Positions 32,197-46,400 of a stretch of DNA of 64,000 bases are shown piece after piece; position 1 is the first letter of the stretch, and each line of letters starts with the position of its first letter. Origin of the DNA: an uncultured Alphaproteobacteria bacterium (GTDB taxonomy: Bacteria; Pseudomonadota; Alphaproteobacteria; JAGOMX01); the NCBI GenBank assembly GCA_963780985.1, contig CAWAEF010000017.1, forward strand, positions 120,105-184,104. The letters are read 5' to 3'. The notes under the pieces are model-generated. The model did not search any database, was not told the DNA's origin, and saw only the letters and a program-made list of their open reading frames with translations. The position numbers and the translations under genes are program-made.

Positions 32197-33807
32197 ATGA
32201 ATAAGGTTACGATTCTAAATGTTTCTATAGTTTTAGGCTTAACTCTAGCGTCGACGGGTACGCAGGCATCTAATGAAGATCAGGTGAAAGAGAAACCTGC
32301 GAAAAATGCCCCTGCACAACACGTGGACCTTTTGAAAGAGGCGCTTGCATCATCTTATACGACGAATAGCGCGTTAAGGGCCAAGTTACACGAGCTGTAT
32401 GCTATTGACGAGGATGTTAACTTAGCCTTTTCAGAGTTTCGGCCATCACTCAGCGTGATGGCGATATAGGACAAAATTCAGCTCACCATAAAGCGACGCG
32501 GAAGGTTACAGATGTATCTATACCCAATCGAGATGGCGATCCTGATTACGTAAGTGGTCGGATAAATAAGCAAACCAAAAGCAAAAATAACCTAACAAAA
32601 GGCACAGCTACGCTGCAGTACAGCAATCACTCTATAAAGGTGGCAGTACCCTTGCTAATCTGCGGGCTCAGGAGAACGCCGCGTTTGCCGGACAGTATGG
32701 CCTTCTTTTTGTTGAGCAGGACACACTACAGAAGGCGATTACCGCTTACATGGATGTTATTTTTCAAACGAGCTCTGTAAAATCCAGGGAGACAAACGTT
32801 AAATTTCTGACCGAGCAACTCGACGTAGTAAAATCTCAGGTTAAATTTGGTGAGAAGGCGGAAACAGATACGGCAGTAGCTGAATCAGCGTTGGCAAAAG
32901 CTGAAGCCGAGCTGTTGACCAACATGAATGAATTGGACGACGCCAAGGCCAATTATCTCAATATAATTGGTGAAAAGCCGGGGCTTCTGGAATACCCCCC
33001 TCTCTGCCAAAATTACCTAAAACTCTAAATGAAGTTATTGATGTCGCATTGAAATCCAATCCTAAAATATTGGAAGCTATTTATAAAGCCAAGAAGGAAG
33101 ACCTTCTGATTGACGCCAGATCTGGAGCTCTGCTGCCCAGTTTGGATCTTACGGCTAGTGCGTCGAGGAATCTGAATCAGGATCAGAGTGAACAGCAGTC
33201 TAACGAGCAGAACTATAATCGCGCATTTGCAAACCAGTTTAATAGCGGAAAAAGGTGTTAACAAAGGCCGGAATAATGATGCTGCCGTTGACCTTAAACT
33301 TACCGTTCCCTTGTATGGGCGCGGTGGTGCTGATTATGCACTAACCCGCAGGCAGGCAGAAAGCGCGGCTGCGGCACGTTACGAACTAGAGCAAGCTCGG
33401 AAAAACGCCCTAGAAAACGCCACCAAGGCTTGGGACACATTGAAGACAGCCCGGGCAAATGTAATAGGTTACAAAAAACAATTAGACGCAGCCGAAAAAG
33501 CTCGTAAGGTGCCCTGGTCGAAGTTAAAGCTGGTGCACGTCTGATTTTCTGGATCTAGTGGAATTGCAAGTACAACTTATTAACGCGGGAATTAGCTTAC
33601 AAAGAGCAAGACGTGATGAAGCAGTTGCGCAATATACGCTTTTTAGCTGTTATGGGTAAACTAACTGCCCGCGACCTTGGATTGCCAGTGACTATTTACG
33701 ATGTTGACGGGCATCTTGACAAGGTGCGCTATAAAATGATTGGTTTCGGGGATGCTCCTAAAATATTGGAAGATAAAGAGGATTCAGGCTCAATCATAAA
33801 AAATTGA
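32197..33807 (+). CDS. tolC: TolC-family outer-membrane channel, fragmented by several frameshifts
   Basis: LKEALASSYTTN, AFSEFRPSLS, AYMDV, TDTAVAESALAKAEA, NPKILEA, GALLPSLDL, LTVPLYGRG, LAVMGKLTARDLGLPVTIYD. Confidence 0.85.
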
Positions 33808-33825
33808 TCCCGCTATTTTATTTTT

Positions 33826-34006
33826 GGCTCTTATGCAAAACGGGTGGGTTGGATGTAATCTTCTGCCCCTGGCAGACGTCATCCTGAACGGACGACCGCG
33901 TAGCGGGCGGAGGAAGGATGACGGGGGACGGGAGTATTTGCTTTTCTAACTATCCTCACTTGAGTTCAACTAGCATACCGATTACCCACCTATTTACATA
34001 AGAGCC
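33826..34006. mobile_element. Putative MITE (181 bp) containing a nested CGTC repeat
   Basis: Imperfect TIRs ggctcttatgcaaaacgggtgggt / acccacctatttacataagagcc; flanks ttattttt and gtattttt (7/8 match, possible target duplication); internal cgtcatcctgaac...ggatgacg at 33877-33923. Confidence 0.6.
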
Positions 34007-34307
34007 GTATTTTTTGCAGATCTCAATCTGAATTACTTTCTTCATTTGATATGGAGTAGTGGTTCAACGCCAGTATAGTCCGGATAGTATCCGTCAATCA
34101 GATTCATATAATCATGCTTGAGTATCTCAACGATCTTCATTGTCGGGATGGTTCCCTATGCCCATGGCGATCAAATCAAGAGAATAATCATTGATGCGGT
34201 AATCTAATACACCGTATATGAATATGACAAATAGCTTAGTGAAAAGAAGATCGCTAAAGATAAGCCAAGCATAATAATACTTGTTTTCTTGCAATACCTG
34301 ACATTTG

Positions 34308-34323
34308 TTAACTATTTGTTAAC
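34308..34323. promoter_or_regulatory. CtrA-binding box
   Basis: Perfect TTAA-N7-TTAAC (TTAACTATTTGTTAAC), ~95 bp upstream of the giant-protein ATG. Confidence 0.65.
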
Positions 34324-34418
34324 TATTACTAGATACAATGAAAGTATAGCTATTAAGTCTTTGCTTGCCTTTCTTTAATGCATTAAGCTTGGTTTTATAA
34401 GCAGTGGGGGTGCTAAAT

Positions 34419-37400
34419 ATGTCAATTATCACAATCACAAAGAATAGTCAAGTCACGGGCGGCCTAGTTAAGGGTACGGCTTCGTCTGATCTTATCACAG
34501 TCTTTTCTGCCGTTAGCGTTAATCTCACCATCGATGGCCTTGGCGGCGGGGATGCTATTTACGCCGGTGGTAGCGGTGTGGACTCGGTTGTCTATTATGC
34601 CAGCGATCTGCTTTATGTAGGTGATATTGGTGGTAGTGGTACGGACATTCTGGATATTAAAGGCTCGGGTCAGACGGTTAATTTATCGGGTAGTACCAAA
34701 CATTCTGGACCTGTGGTCACGGGTTTTGATGAATTGGATTTGACTAACGGCGGCACGGATGTGTCGACGGCGGCGTCTCATAATACTCTTATTATCGATG
34801 GCCAGGGCGTTGATAATTTCACGGAAAAAACCAACAGCATTACGCATACGGCGGATACCATGATTGTTAATTTGGGCGAGTATGATGTGGTCCAAATGGG
34901 TTCAGGCTGGGTGGAGGGCGCTTCTAAAGTCATCGGCGCCATTCATTATGATGTATATACGGATGTAATCAGCGAGGGAAAATCTACTGAAACCGTGACT
35001 CTTTACGTGGAGTTCCGTAATCCTATTGCTCAAACTGACACGCTCTCGACGACTATAGATAATCCATCATACTCAGTAAACCTGCTCACACAAGATCCAA
35101 CTTTGTTATTTGATCCTAATGGAGATCCATTGCACTTCTCTATGGTGAATGGCGCGGCCATTGCCGCTTCGGGCGCCACTGCCTTTACGACGGCGCTTGG
35201 TTTCCATGGTACTATTACTGCCGCAGGCCTAGTGACGCTCAATACCACTGGGCCTAATCTTAATGCTTATGACGCTGTGGTTGGGTCGACTTTACATGAT
35301 TCGTTCACGTACCAGGTAGCTGACGGGTTTGGTGGTGTTTCTAATACGGCCACCATCACCGTAAACGAGACAGTCATCGACGAGCCATTTGCGGTTACTA
35401 CTGCAAGCGGAGTCGTCCTGACTAGCACTGCCCCATCGGCCGTGGTTGCCAGTTCCACGGCACCTAACGATGCGCCTGCTGGCTCGCTTCCTATTTTAGA
35501 TGTTGTTCTAGCTCCTGCCGATGGCGCCTTGAGCATAAATGCACAGGGCCAGGTGGTTTATACAGCCAACTATAGCAATCCAGCCATAAGTGCCTTGAAT
35601 GTGGGACAAACTGCACATGATACCTTCACTTTTGAACTGCTCACGCCTGGTGAAAAGCTAGGGGGGACCGCAGAGGCTACTCATACTGAGACGGTGACTA
35701 TCAATGGCGCGGCCACGGGCGTGCCTATGGCATCTACATCGGCGCTAGCTCCCTTCGGAACGGTTACAGTCGGAAATCCTAAGACAGAGACAGAAACCAT
35801 TACCAATACGGGCACTGGAACTTTGAATGTCTCCAGCGTAGCGGTTCCTGCTGGCTTTAGTGATACCTTTACAGCCATAAGCCTTACCCATGGGCAAAGC
35901 GAGACGTTTAATGTGACTTTTGCACCAACCGCAAATGGATTAGATTCAGGAAATTTGGTCTTTACTGATAATTCCGGGAACGGCGTAAATGTAACTCAAT
36001 CGGTTGCATTGAGTGGCACCGGGTATGCGCCAGTGGCAACAGCCGCTACGGAGAATATCAACTTAGACAGTGCGGCTCAGACGTTTAACATCGCATCGTT
36101 GGTGGCGGATCCCAATAGTGATCCTCTTACATTTACTACGGCAACCGGCGCTTCATTTGTTACCGCCCAAGGCTTTAGTGGCACGATTTCGGCCGCAGGG
36201 GCGGTCAGTATTAACACCCTGGGGCCTAATGCGGCTGAATACAATGCGGCACCTGGTTCTACTATATCCGATTCGTTTGCTTATAAGGTGACAGATCCTT
36301 ATGGCAACGTCAGTACAAACACAATTACAATCAATGAGAAGGTGATTGACGAGCCATTTGCGGTTACGCCTGCAACTGGGATCGTGCTGACGAGCGGCGC
36401 CCCATCGGCCGTGGCTGCTACTTTCGTTGCGCCCAACGATGCGCCTGCTGGATCGCTTCCTATTTTGGATATTGTGAGCGGTCCTGCCTTTGGCAGCCTG
36501 AGCGAAAATGCGATGGGTCAGCCGGTTTATACGGCCAACTATAGCAATGCAACTATAGCTGCCTTGAATGCAGGCCAGACTGTAACAGATTCTTTCACTT
36601 TTGAATTGCTCACCCCTGGTGAAGTTGCAGGCGCAACGGCAGAGACTTCTTATCATGAGACGGTAACTATAGATGGCACCGGCGCGCCTGTGGCATCTGC
36701 ATCGGCTATCACTCCATTTGGAACGGTAACAGTCGGAAATTCAATGACAGAGACGGAAACCATTACCAATACGGGCAGCGGAATCCTGAATGTGACCAGC
36801 GTAGCGGTTCCTGCTGGCTATAGCGATAGCTTTACCGCTGCAAGCCTTGCCCATGGACAAAGCGAGACGTTTAATGTAACTTTTGCACCAACCGCAGCTG
36901 GGCTGGATTCGGGGAATTTGGTGTTTACGGACAATGCTGGCAACGTCGTAGGCGCAACTCAACTGGAAGCTTTAAGTGGAACGGGCTTTATTCCTGTGGC
37001 AACAGCGGCTACGGAAAATATCAACTTAGACAGTGCAGCTCAAACATTTAACATCGCATCTTTGGTGGCGGATCCCAATAGTGATCCTCTCACATTTACA
37101 ACGCCAAGCGGCGCTTCATTTGTTACCGCTCAAGGCTTTAGCGGCACTATTTCGGCTGCAGGGGCGGTCAGTATTGATACCCTGGGGGCAAACGCGGCTG
37201 AATACAGTGCGGCACCTGGTTCTACTATATCCGATTCGTTTGCTTATAAGGTGACAGATCCTTATGGCAACGTCAGTACAAACACAATTACAATCAATGA
37301 GAAGGTGATTGACGAGCCATTTGCGGTTACGCCTGCAAGTGGGGTCGTGCTGACGAGCGGCGCTCCTTCGGCCGTGGCTGCTACTTTCGTTGCGCCCAAC

Positions 37401-40400
37401 GATGCGCCTGCTGGATCGCTTCCTATTTTGGATATTGTGAGCGCCCCTGCCTATGGCAGCCTGAGCGAAAATGCGTTGGGTCAGCCGGTTTATACGGCCA
37501 ACTATAGCAATGCAACTATAGCTGCCTTGAATGCAGGGCAGACTGTAACAGATTCTTTCACTTTTGAACTGCTCACGCCTGGTGAAGTTGCAGGCGCAAC
37601 GGCAGAGACTTCTTATCATGAGACGGTGACCATAGATGGCGCCGGCGCGTCAGTGGCATCTGCATCGGCTATCACTCCATTTGGAACGGTAACAGTCGGA
37701 AATCCACAGACAGAGACAGAAACCATTACCAATACGGGCAGCGGAATCCTGAATGTGACCAGCGTAGCGGTACCTGCTGGCTATAGCGATAACTTTACCG
37801 CTGTAAGTCTTGCCCATGGGCAAAGCGAGACGTTTAATGTGACCTTTGCACCAACCGCAGCTGGGCTGGATTCGGGGAATTTGGTGTTTACGGACAATTC
37901 CGGCAACGTCGTGGGTGCAACTCAACTGGAGGCCTTAAGTGGAACGGGCTTTATTCCTGTGGCAACAGCGGCTACGGAAAATATCAACTTAGACAGTGCG
38001 GCTCAAACATTTAACATCGCATCTTTGGTGGCGGATCCCAATAGTGATCCCCTTACATTTACTACGGCAACCGGCGCCTCATTTGTTACCGCCCAAGGCT
38101 TTAGTGGCACCATTTCGGCTGCAGGGGTTGTAAGTATTGACACTCTGGGGCCAAATGCGGCTGAATACGATGCGGCACCTGGTTCTACTATACCTGATTC
38201 GTTTGCTTATAAGGTGACAGATCCTTATGGCAACGTTTCTAACACAGCTACCATCACCTTAAACGAGACGGTCATCGACGAGCCATTTGCGGTTACACCT
38301 GCAAGTGGGATCGTGCTGACGAGCGGCGCCCCATCGGCCGTGGCTGCTACTTTCGTTGCGCCCAACGATGCGCCTGCTGGATCGCTTCCTATTTTGGATA
38401 TTGTGAGCGGCCCTGCCTATGGCAGCCTGAGCGAAAATGCGTTGGGTCAGCCGGTTTATACGGCCAACTATACCAATGCAGCCATAGCTGCCTTGAATGC
38501 AGGCCAGACTATAACAGATTCTTTCACTATTGAACTGCTCACGCCTGGTGAAGTCGCAGGGGCAACGGCAGAGACTTCTTATCATGAGACGGTAACTATC
38601 GATGGCGCCGGCGCACCTGTGGCATCTGCATCGGCGATAGCTCCATTCGGTACAGTCACGGTCGGAAATCCACAGACAGAGACGGAAACCATTACCAACA
38701 CTGGAACTGGAATGCTGAATGTGACCAGCGTAGCGGTTCCTGCTGGTTTTAGCGATAGCTTTACCGCTGTAAGCCTTGCCCATGGGCAAAGCGAGACGTT
38801 TAATGTAACCTTTGCACCAACCGCAGCTGGGCTGGATTCGGGGAACTTGGTGTTTACGGACAATTCCGGCAACGTCGTAGGCGCAACTCAAATGGAAGCC
38901 TTAAGTGGAACGGGCTTTATCCCAGTGGCAACAGCGGCTACGGAAAATATCAACTTAGACAGTGCAGCTCAAACATTTAACATCGCATCTTTGGTGGCGG
39001 ATCCCAATAGTGATCCTCTTACATTTACAACGCCAAGCGGCGCCTCATTTGTTACCGCTCAAGGCTTTAGTGGAACCATTTCGGCTGCAGGGGTTGTAAG
39101 TATTGACACTTTGGGACCTAATGCGGCTGAATACGATGCGGCACCTGGTTCTACTATACCTGATTCGTTTGCTTATAAGGTGACAGATCCTTATGGCAAC
39201 ATTTCCAACACAGCTACCATCACCTTAAACGAGACAGTCATCGACGAGCCATTTGCGGTTACACCTGCAAGTGGGATCGTGTTGACGAGCGGTGCACCAT
39301 CGGCCGTGGCTGCGACTTTTGTTGCACCCAACGATGCGCCTGCGGGATCGCTTCCTTCTTTAGATATTATTAGCGGTCCTGCCTTTGGCAGCCTGACCGA
39401 AAATGCGTTGGGTCAGCCAGTTTATACGGCCAACTATAGCAATGCAACTATAGCTGCCTTGAATGTGGGACAGACTCAAACAGACAGCTTTACTTTTGAA
39501 CTGCTCACCCCTGGTGAAATCGCAGGCGCAACTGCAGAGACTTCATATCATGAGACGGTGACTATAGATGGCGCTGGCGTGCCTGTGGCATCGGTGGCGA
39601 TATCTCAGCCAAGCTTTGGCCCCATAGTTGATGGCCAATCGGAAACCATTGCGGAGACCTTCACTATAACTAATATCAGCGCCACAGGCACTCTCGACGT
39701 TACAGGCGTAAGCAGTCTGCCTGCAGGATATTCCATAAGCAATCTTGCTTCGTTTGTGCCATTGGAGCTTGCCCCTGGCCAAATGGGGACTGAGACCTTA
39801 GATGTGGTATTTAATCCTACGGCCGTTCAAAGTTATAACGGCAACATTGTCCTTACGGACAACGACACCAATGCAGCAGACAGCTCTGTAGCCATAACCG
39901 GCAGCGGTACTTCATCCACTGCAAATCAGGATGGACGCCTTGGTGATTTGTTTGCCATCGATGGTACAGAGCCAGGGGTAACACCCAGTGTCGTATCCAG
40001 GAGTTACGACTCGATAGACGGTATAAACAATGATTTATACGGAATCATCGTCCACACCCAATATACCAATCCAAACCCTGGCACCTTGGATGTAGCGGCT
40101 GAGACAGAATTGGAAGGCTACGTCGCAGGACATCAAAGCAATGTATACATAGAATTGTCTTATGGACCCATACAAGCACTCGAGAATTTGAGTCTCGGTA
40201 TATCTTATGGCGGAGATACAATTTTAAATACTGGAACTGCCCATGATGGACAAGTTCAGTTCGCGTATATTCAGGATACGACCTCAAATAATAATGTTGG
40301 AGCGATTGAGCTCAACGGAAGCACGCAAGATATGGTATCCGTTAATGACTATAATATTGCAACAGACACCCAGCAACATGAAGTGCTCATTCGCGCAGAC

Positions 40401-43400
40401 CAACTGACGGCAGCCGGGATTGCCTTACTGGATAATCACTTAAACGCTATAGAACACATCTTCGTTACCATAGCGCCCATAGCATCTTTAAGTGTTCCTT
40501 CCTTAAACTTTGGTGACGAAGCTTTAGGGCAATCAAAGACTATGCAAGTGACTGTCTCCAATAACGGCACAGGCAACCTGGACATTACAGGTGTTACTGC
40601 GCCCGCCGGGTATACGGTGGTGCCTGATGGGTCTGCCGGCTTTGGTAGCGGTGTAAATATAGCGGCTGGTGCAAGCCAGTTGTTTGATGTCACTTTTGCA
40701 CCTGGTGCAACTGGGTCGTACAACGGCAATTTGGTGTTCACTGACGACGATACTACACTAGCCGACAGCACACTTGCATTAACCGGCGCCAGTGACTTTG
40801 TAACTGTGGTCGGTGCAGGTATTCCTGCTCAGACTATTGCTGAAAATGCACCCTTAGACATTCTGGCAGCACAATACTTTAATGAGCCGGTTGCTGGGGA
40901 TAGCTTGACATTTTCTCTTGAGGGACAGCCCAGCTGGATGCATATCAATTCGGCAACTGGAGAAATTACAGGCACCCCCCGGAGCACTTGATGTGGGCGT
41001 GCCTGAGTCAGCAACGGTGATCGCAACAAATGCGGCCGGTGACATGGTACAAAGTACCTTTAATGTAACGATTCAGCCTCCTGTGCTCAATCGTCTGGGT
41101 GACGTGTTCACCATAGATGGTACAGTGTCAGGGGTTAGCCCCGCTCTTGCATCCGAGAGTTATGACGCAATCGTAGGAAATACCACAAACGACCTAGCTG
41201 GAATAATGGTTCAGACCCTCTCTACAAACACATCAGGCGTAGCGCCCACAGGTGCCGCTTTGAGTGCGTTGGATAGTGAAATTTCAAGTGGAAACAGCAA
41301 TCTATATTTCGAATTGAACTTCGGGCCTGTAGGAAGTGGTGTAGATAAATTCCTCAACTTGCAATATGGAAATGTAACGGCTGGTGGAGCGGATATTACC
41401 GCCGGCACCCCAACAGCTGGAGCGGTATACGCCGCACAAATCCTTGGGGAGGTTGAAAAAAGCTTCTCGACTACTAATTTAACTACTGCAAGCGAGCTAA
41501 CTGGCGCGACAGCAAGCAATTTATTGGTCCAAGATTACAATAATACGGTCAACTTCCCCAGTTTCACTTACGATGATGTATTTCTGATTAGGGCAGATCG
41601 ACTCACAGCAGCAGGGATTACTCTCCTGGAGGCTAACACTGGCGTAATAGAGCATGTTTTCAACGTGGTAGATCCAGCCGCATCTTCTAGTGTTCCCTCA
41701 TTAAGCTTTGGCAACGAAGCTGTTGGGGTGCCAGAGACCTTGCATGTGACCATCACCAATAACGGCACAGCCAATCTGGACATTACAGGTTTTAGTGCAC
41801 CCGCCGGGTATACGGTGGTGCCTGATGGATCTTCCGGCTTTGGCAGTGGTGTAAATATAGCGGTTGGTGGGCACCAGTTGTTTGATGTCACCTTTACGCC
41901 CGGCGCGACTGGGACGGACAACGGTAACTTGGTGTTTACAGACAACGACCCCATTTTAGCAGACAGCACGATAGCCCTAACCGGTGAAAGCGACGTGGTC
42001 ACATTGGTCGGCGCAGGTATTCCCACTCAGAATGCTACCTTGGGACAGCCCGTGGACATTAAGACAGCTCAATACTTTAGTGAGCCGGTAGCCGGGGATA
42101 ACCTTACTTATTCTTTCCAGGGACAGCATAGTGGGCTTCAAATCAATCCCTCAACTGGAGAAATCACAGGAACTGGCAATTTTCTGACTTCTGAATCGAT
42201 AACGGTGAACGCAACGAACCAGTTTGGCTCACAGGTTCAGAGTACTTTTGAGCTGAATGTCCAAGGTGTTGATATGAGACTGGGTGACGCATTCAGCGCC
42301 GATGGTACAGTATCAGGAGTTGTTCCAGCTATCGCACCTGAGACTTATGATGCAGCCGTAGGAAATACAACCAACAGCTTAGGGGGCATCATTGTTCAGA
42401 CTGTCTACTCAAACACAACAGGAGCGACTCCAGCTGCCAGTGACGTGGCGATCTTGGATAGCGAGCTGACAAGCGGAAGTAGCAACATATACTTCGAATT
42501 AGGTTACGGGGCTGTAAAGGCTGGTGCAACTGATGGTTTTGGCTCAGGCTTATCCATAGAATATGGCACAGATACATACATAAACTCAGGCGCAGCTGAA
42601 TCAGTGTACGTAGCGATACTGCAGGCTTCTGATGTCGTCCAATCGGGCTCACCTTCCATTTCGTATTTAGCAGAACAGATAAGCGGAACGGAAGGGATCT
42701 CGATTGGGGTAGGGAATCTTAACAACTCACCCACTCAATCTGCCGAGCAGGTAACCCTGATTAGAGCAGATCAGCTTATAAATACAGCTCCAGATAATCT
42801 TATCTCTACATTGGAGGCTCAACCTAATCTTATAGAAAAGGTCTTCTTTGTACAACCAGAGCCAAAGACATCTTTTAGTGTTCCTAATTTAAGCTTTGGT
42901 GACGTGGCTGCAGGGCATCCAGAAACAATGCAAGTGACTATCACCAATAATGGCAATGCTGTAATGGATGTTACAGGCTATAATGCGCCAGCCGGTTATT
43001 CTGTGCTACCCGATGGATCTAGCACTTTTGGCAATGTAACAATTGCAGTAGGTGCACAGCAGATATTTGATGTAACCTTTGACCCCACCGTGAGTGGCAT
43101 AGACAACGGTCCCTTAGTATTTACAACCAATGACCCGGTAGCAGCAGACAATGCTATGACCGTAACTGGAGAAAGCGACTTTGTAACAACCGTTGGCGCA
43201 GGTATTCCGGCTCAAACAGTTACTGAAGGTCAGTCCTTAGTCATTATGGCCTCACAATACTTTAATGAGCCGCTGGTTGGGGATAACTTAACATATTCTC
43301 TCCAGGGACCCAGCTGGATGCATATCAATCCAACAACGGGAGAAGTCATAAGCTATCCCAGTATCGGCTCCAGTGGGAGTGCCCGATTCTGCAACGGTGA

Positions 43401-46400
43401 TAGCAACAAATCAGCTTGGTGAGAGCGCTCAAACTACTTTCAATGTAACTGTTCAGGGCGTAGCCGCACAAAACATACAAAGGTTGGGCGATGTATTCAG
43501 CGCCGATGGTACAGCGGCAGGGGTTACCCCCGCTATCGCACCGGAGAGTTATGACACAGCCGTAGGAAATATAACCAACAACTTAGCGGGCATAATGGTC
43601 CAGACCGTGTACTCAAACACATCGGGAGCAACCCCTGTTGGCGCTGCCGCCGCGGTCTTGGATGCTGAGCTGACAAGCGGAAGCAGTCTAGTATATTTCG
43701 AATTAGGTTACGGGGCTGTAAAGGCTGGTGCAACTGAAGGTTTTGGTTCAGGCTTATCCATAGAATATGGCACTGACACGTTAAACAACTCTGGCGCAGC
43801 TGGATCAGTGTACGTAGCGATAATGCAGGCTTCTGATGTAGTCCAATCGGGCTCACCTTCCATTTCGTATTTAGCAGAACAGATAAGCGGAACGGAAGGG
43901 ATCTCGATTGGGGTAGGGAATCTTAACAACTCACCCACTCAATCTGCCGAGCAGGTAACCCTGATTAGAGCGGATCAGCTTGTAAATACGGCTCCAGATA
44001 ATCTTATCTCTACATTGGAGGCTCAACCTGGTCTCATAGAAAAGGTCTTCGTGGAAGTGGTGCCAGTGGCGTCTTTAAGTGTTTCCTCATTGAACTTTGG
44101 TAACGAAGCTATAGGGCAACCAGAAACCATGCATGTGACCGTCACCAATAACGGCACAGCTGCCATGGATATAACAGGCTTTAGTGCTCCAGCCGGTTAT
44201 ACGGTGGTACCTGATGGGGCTGGCACCTTTGGTAACGTAGATATTGCGGCAGGTGGAAGCCAGCTGTTTGATGTAACCTTTACCCCCGGTGCAGGTGGGC
44301 TCTATAATGGCAACTTGGTGTTTACAGACAATGACTCTACGGCATCGGACAGTACGCTTGCCTTAACCGGCGAAAGCGACTTTGTAACAGTGGTCGGCGC
44401 CGGCATCCCTGCTCAGGCAGCTAATGTGGGGGAGCCCTTTATCATCTTGGCATCGCAATACTTCAATGAGCCGATTGCTGGGGATAACTTAACATATTCT
44501 CTCCAGGGACAACCTAGTTGGATGCAAATCAATTCGGTGACTGGAGCAATCACAGGTGTTCCTTCATACATAGATCAGGGAGTGAGCGAATCAGCCACTG
44601 TGATAGCAACAAATCAGTATGGTGTGACCGCTCAAAGCACCTTCAGTTTGACTATTCAGCCCCCTTCTCTAAATATTCTGGGCGATGTGTTCTACCTGGA
44701 TGGTACGGGTCCTGGGACAACGCCATCGTTCGGCGGAATCAGCTATGATAATGCGTTATCATCGGCTGACCTGAGTAATATATACGTTGCAACTGAATAT
44801 ACTAATACGAGCCCCGGTACAATTACATCTGCTCAGCAGTCAGCTATCCAGACTATTATTGGTACGAACAATCCGTCTAATGTATATTTAGAACTCAGCT
44901 ACGGACTTCTATTACCAAATCAATCTAACGAGTTAATCTTGAATCCCAACGATTTCGTAAGCGCGCTGGTACCTGGCCCAACTTTGTCATACATTTATGG
45001 GGCTAACGCCTCTCCTTATATAGGAGTTACTGAATCAACACCTCCAGCAACTGGTCTTGAAGTTGCTGATGGAAACGGTAACAACCCTCTATTCGGGCAA
45101 ACTTCGGCGGAGGAAGTAGTCTTGGTTCGTTACGATGCTTTATCCGCGGCTGGACAGGCTTTAATACTTCAACAAAATCCTGGCGTGATCGAACACATCT
45201 TCGTGGTGGCAGTACCAGAGGCTTCTGTGAGCGTATCTGCACTGAACTTTAACAACCTAGCCATAGGACAGACTGAAACTATCTCGGTAACCGTTACCAA
45301 TAACGGCGCTTCTCCTCTTGATATTACAGGGATTAGCAGCTTACCCGCAGGGTATTCTGTAGTAACTCATGGATCGACTTCTTTTCTTCCAGAGAATCTG
45401 GCAGCGCTAGGAGGAGCCGAGACATTCGATGTTACCTTTACACCTACCACATCCGGAGCGAACAATGGCAACATTGTGTTTGCGGACAACGATACCAATT
45501 TAGCCGACAGCACAGTCGCCATAACTGGAGAGAGTGACTTAGTAACAGTGATTGGTGCAGGCATCCTAGCTCAGACGGCAGCTGTAGGCGTACCCATAGA
45601 TATCTTGGCAGCAAAGGTCTTTGATGAGCCGGTTTCTGGGGATGCGTTACATTATGCTCTCCAGGGACAGCCCAGTTGGATGAATATCAATTCCACAACT
45701 GGGGAAATCACTGGCACCCCAGGAACTATTGATGTAGGGGCACATGAGTCAGCAACGGTGATTGCAACAAATCAGTATGGTGTGATCGCTCAAAGCACCT
45801 TCAATCTGAACGTCGAGAATTCGGCGGCGCTGGTTCCTGAGGCTGCTGTTGCTTCGACGTTAAATTTTGGTGATGTGGCCAGCGGAAATACAGAAACGCT
45901 AAGCGTAACCATCACCAACGAAGGTACAGGCAATCTTGACATTACTGGGATTAGCAACTTGCCAGCTGGGTATTCTGTTGTTACTCATGGAGACGCAACT
46001 ATTGTTCCAGAAAGTCTTGCACTAGGTCTAAGTGAGACATTCGATGTCACCTTCACCCCTACAGCAACTGGAACTTATGCGGACAACCTAGTGTTTGCAG
46101 ACAACGACCCCATTGCAGCAGATAGCACTGTGGCCTTAAGTGGCGTTAATGACTTTCCTGTAGCCACAGCGATCCCACAGGAACTGGCAACAGTGAACAC
46201 ACCAATAGTAGATATTAATGCAGCAAACTATATCACAGATCCGATTGCAGGCGATGTATTAACATATTCCCTAGCCGCCGGAGCACCATCATGGATGACG
46301 ATAACCGACGGGATAATTGGCGGCACTCCTCTAGCTGCAGATCAAGGAATGCTCGAATCCGCAACAATCATAGCTACAAACCAAGCTGGTGGCACAGTGC

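Noticed and set aside
40975-40980. Poly-C tract as a phase-variation switch in the giant gene
   Set aside because: Only 6 C, and similar indels hit housekeeping genes; a homopolymer error is more parsimonious.
34683-45564. Numerous antisense and alternate-frame ORFs within the giant gene
   Set aside because: Shadow ORFs produced by codon bias and repeated with the tandem units.
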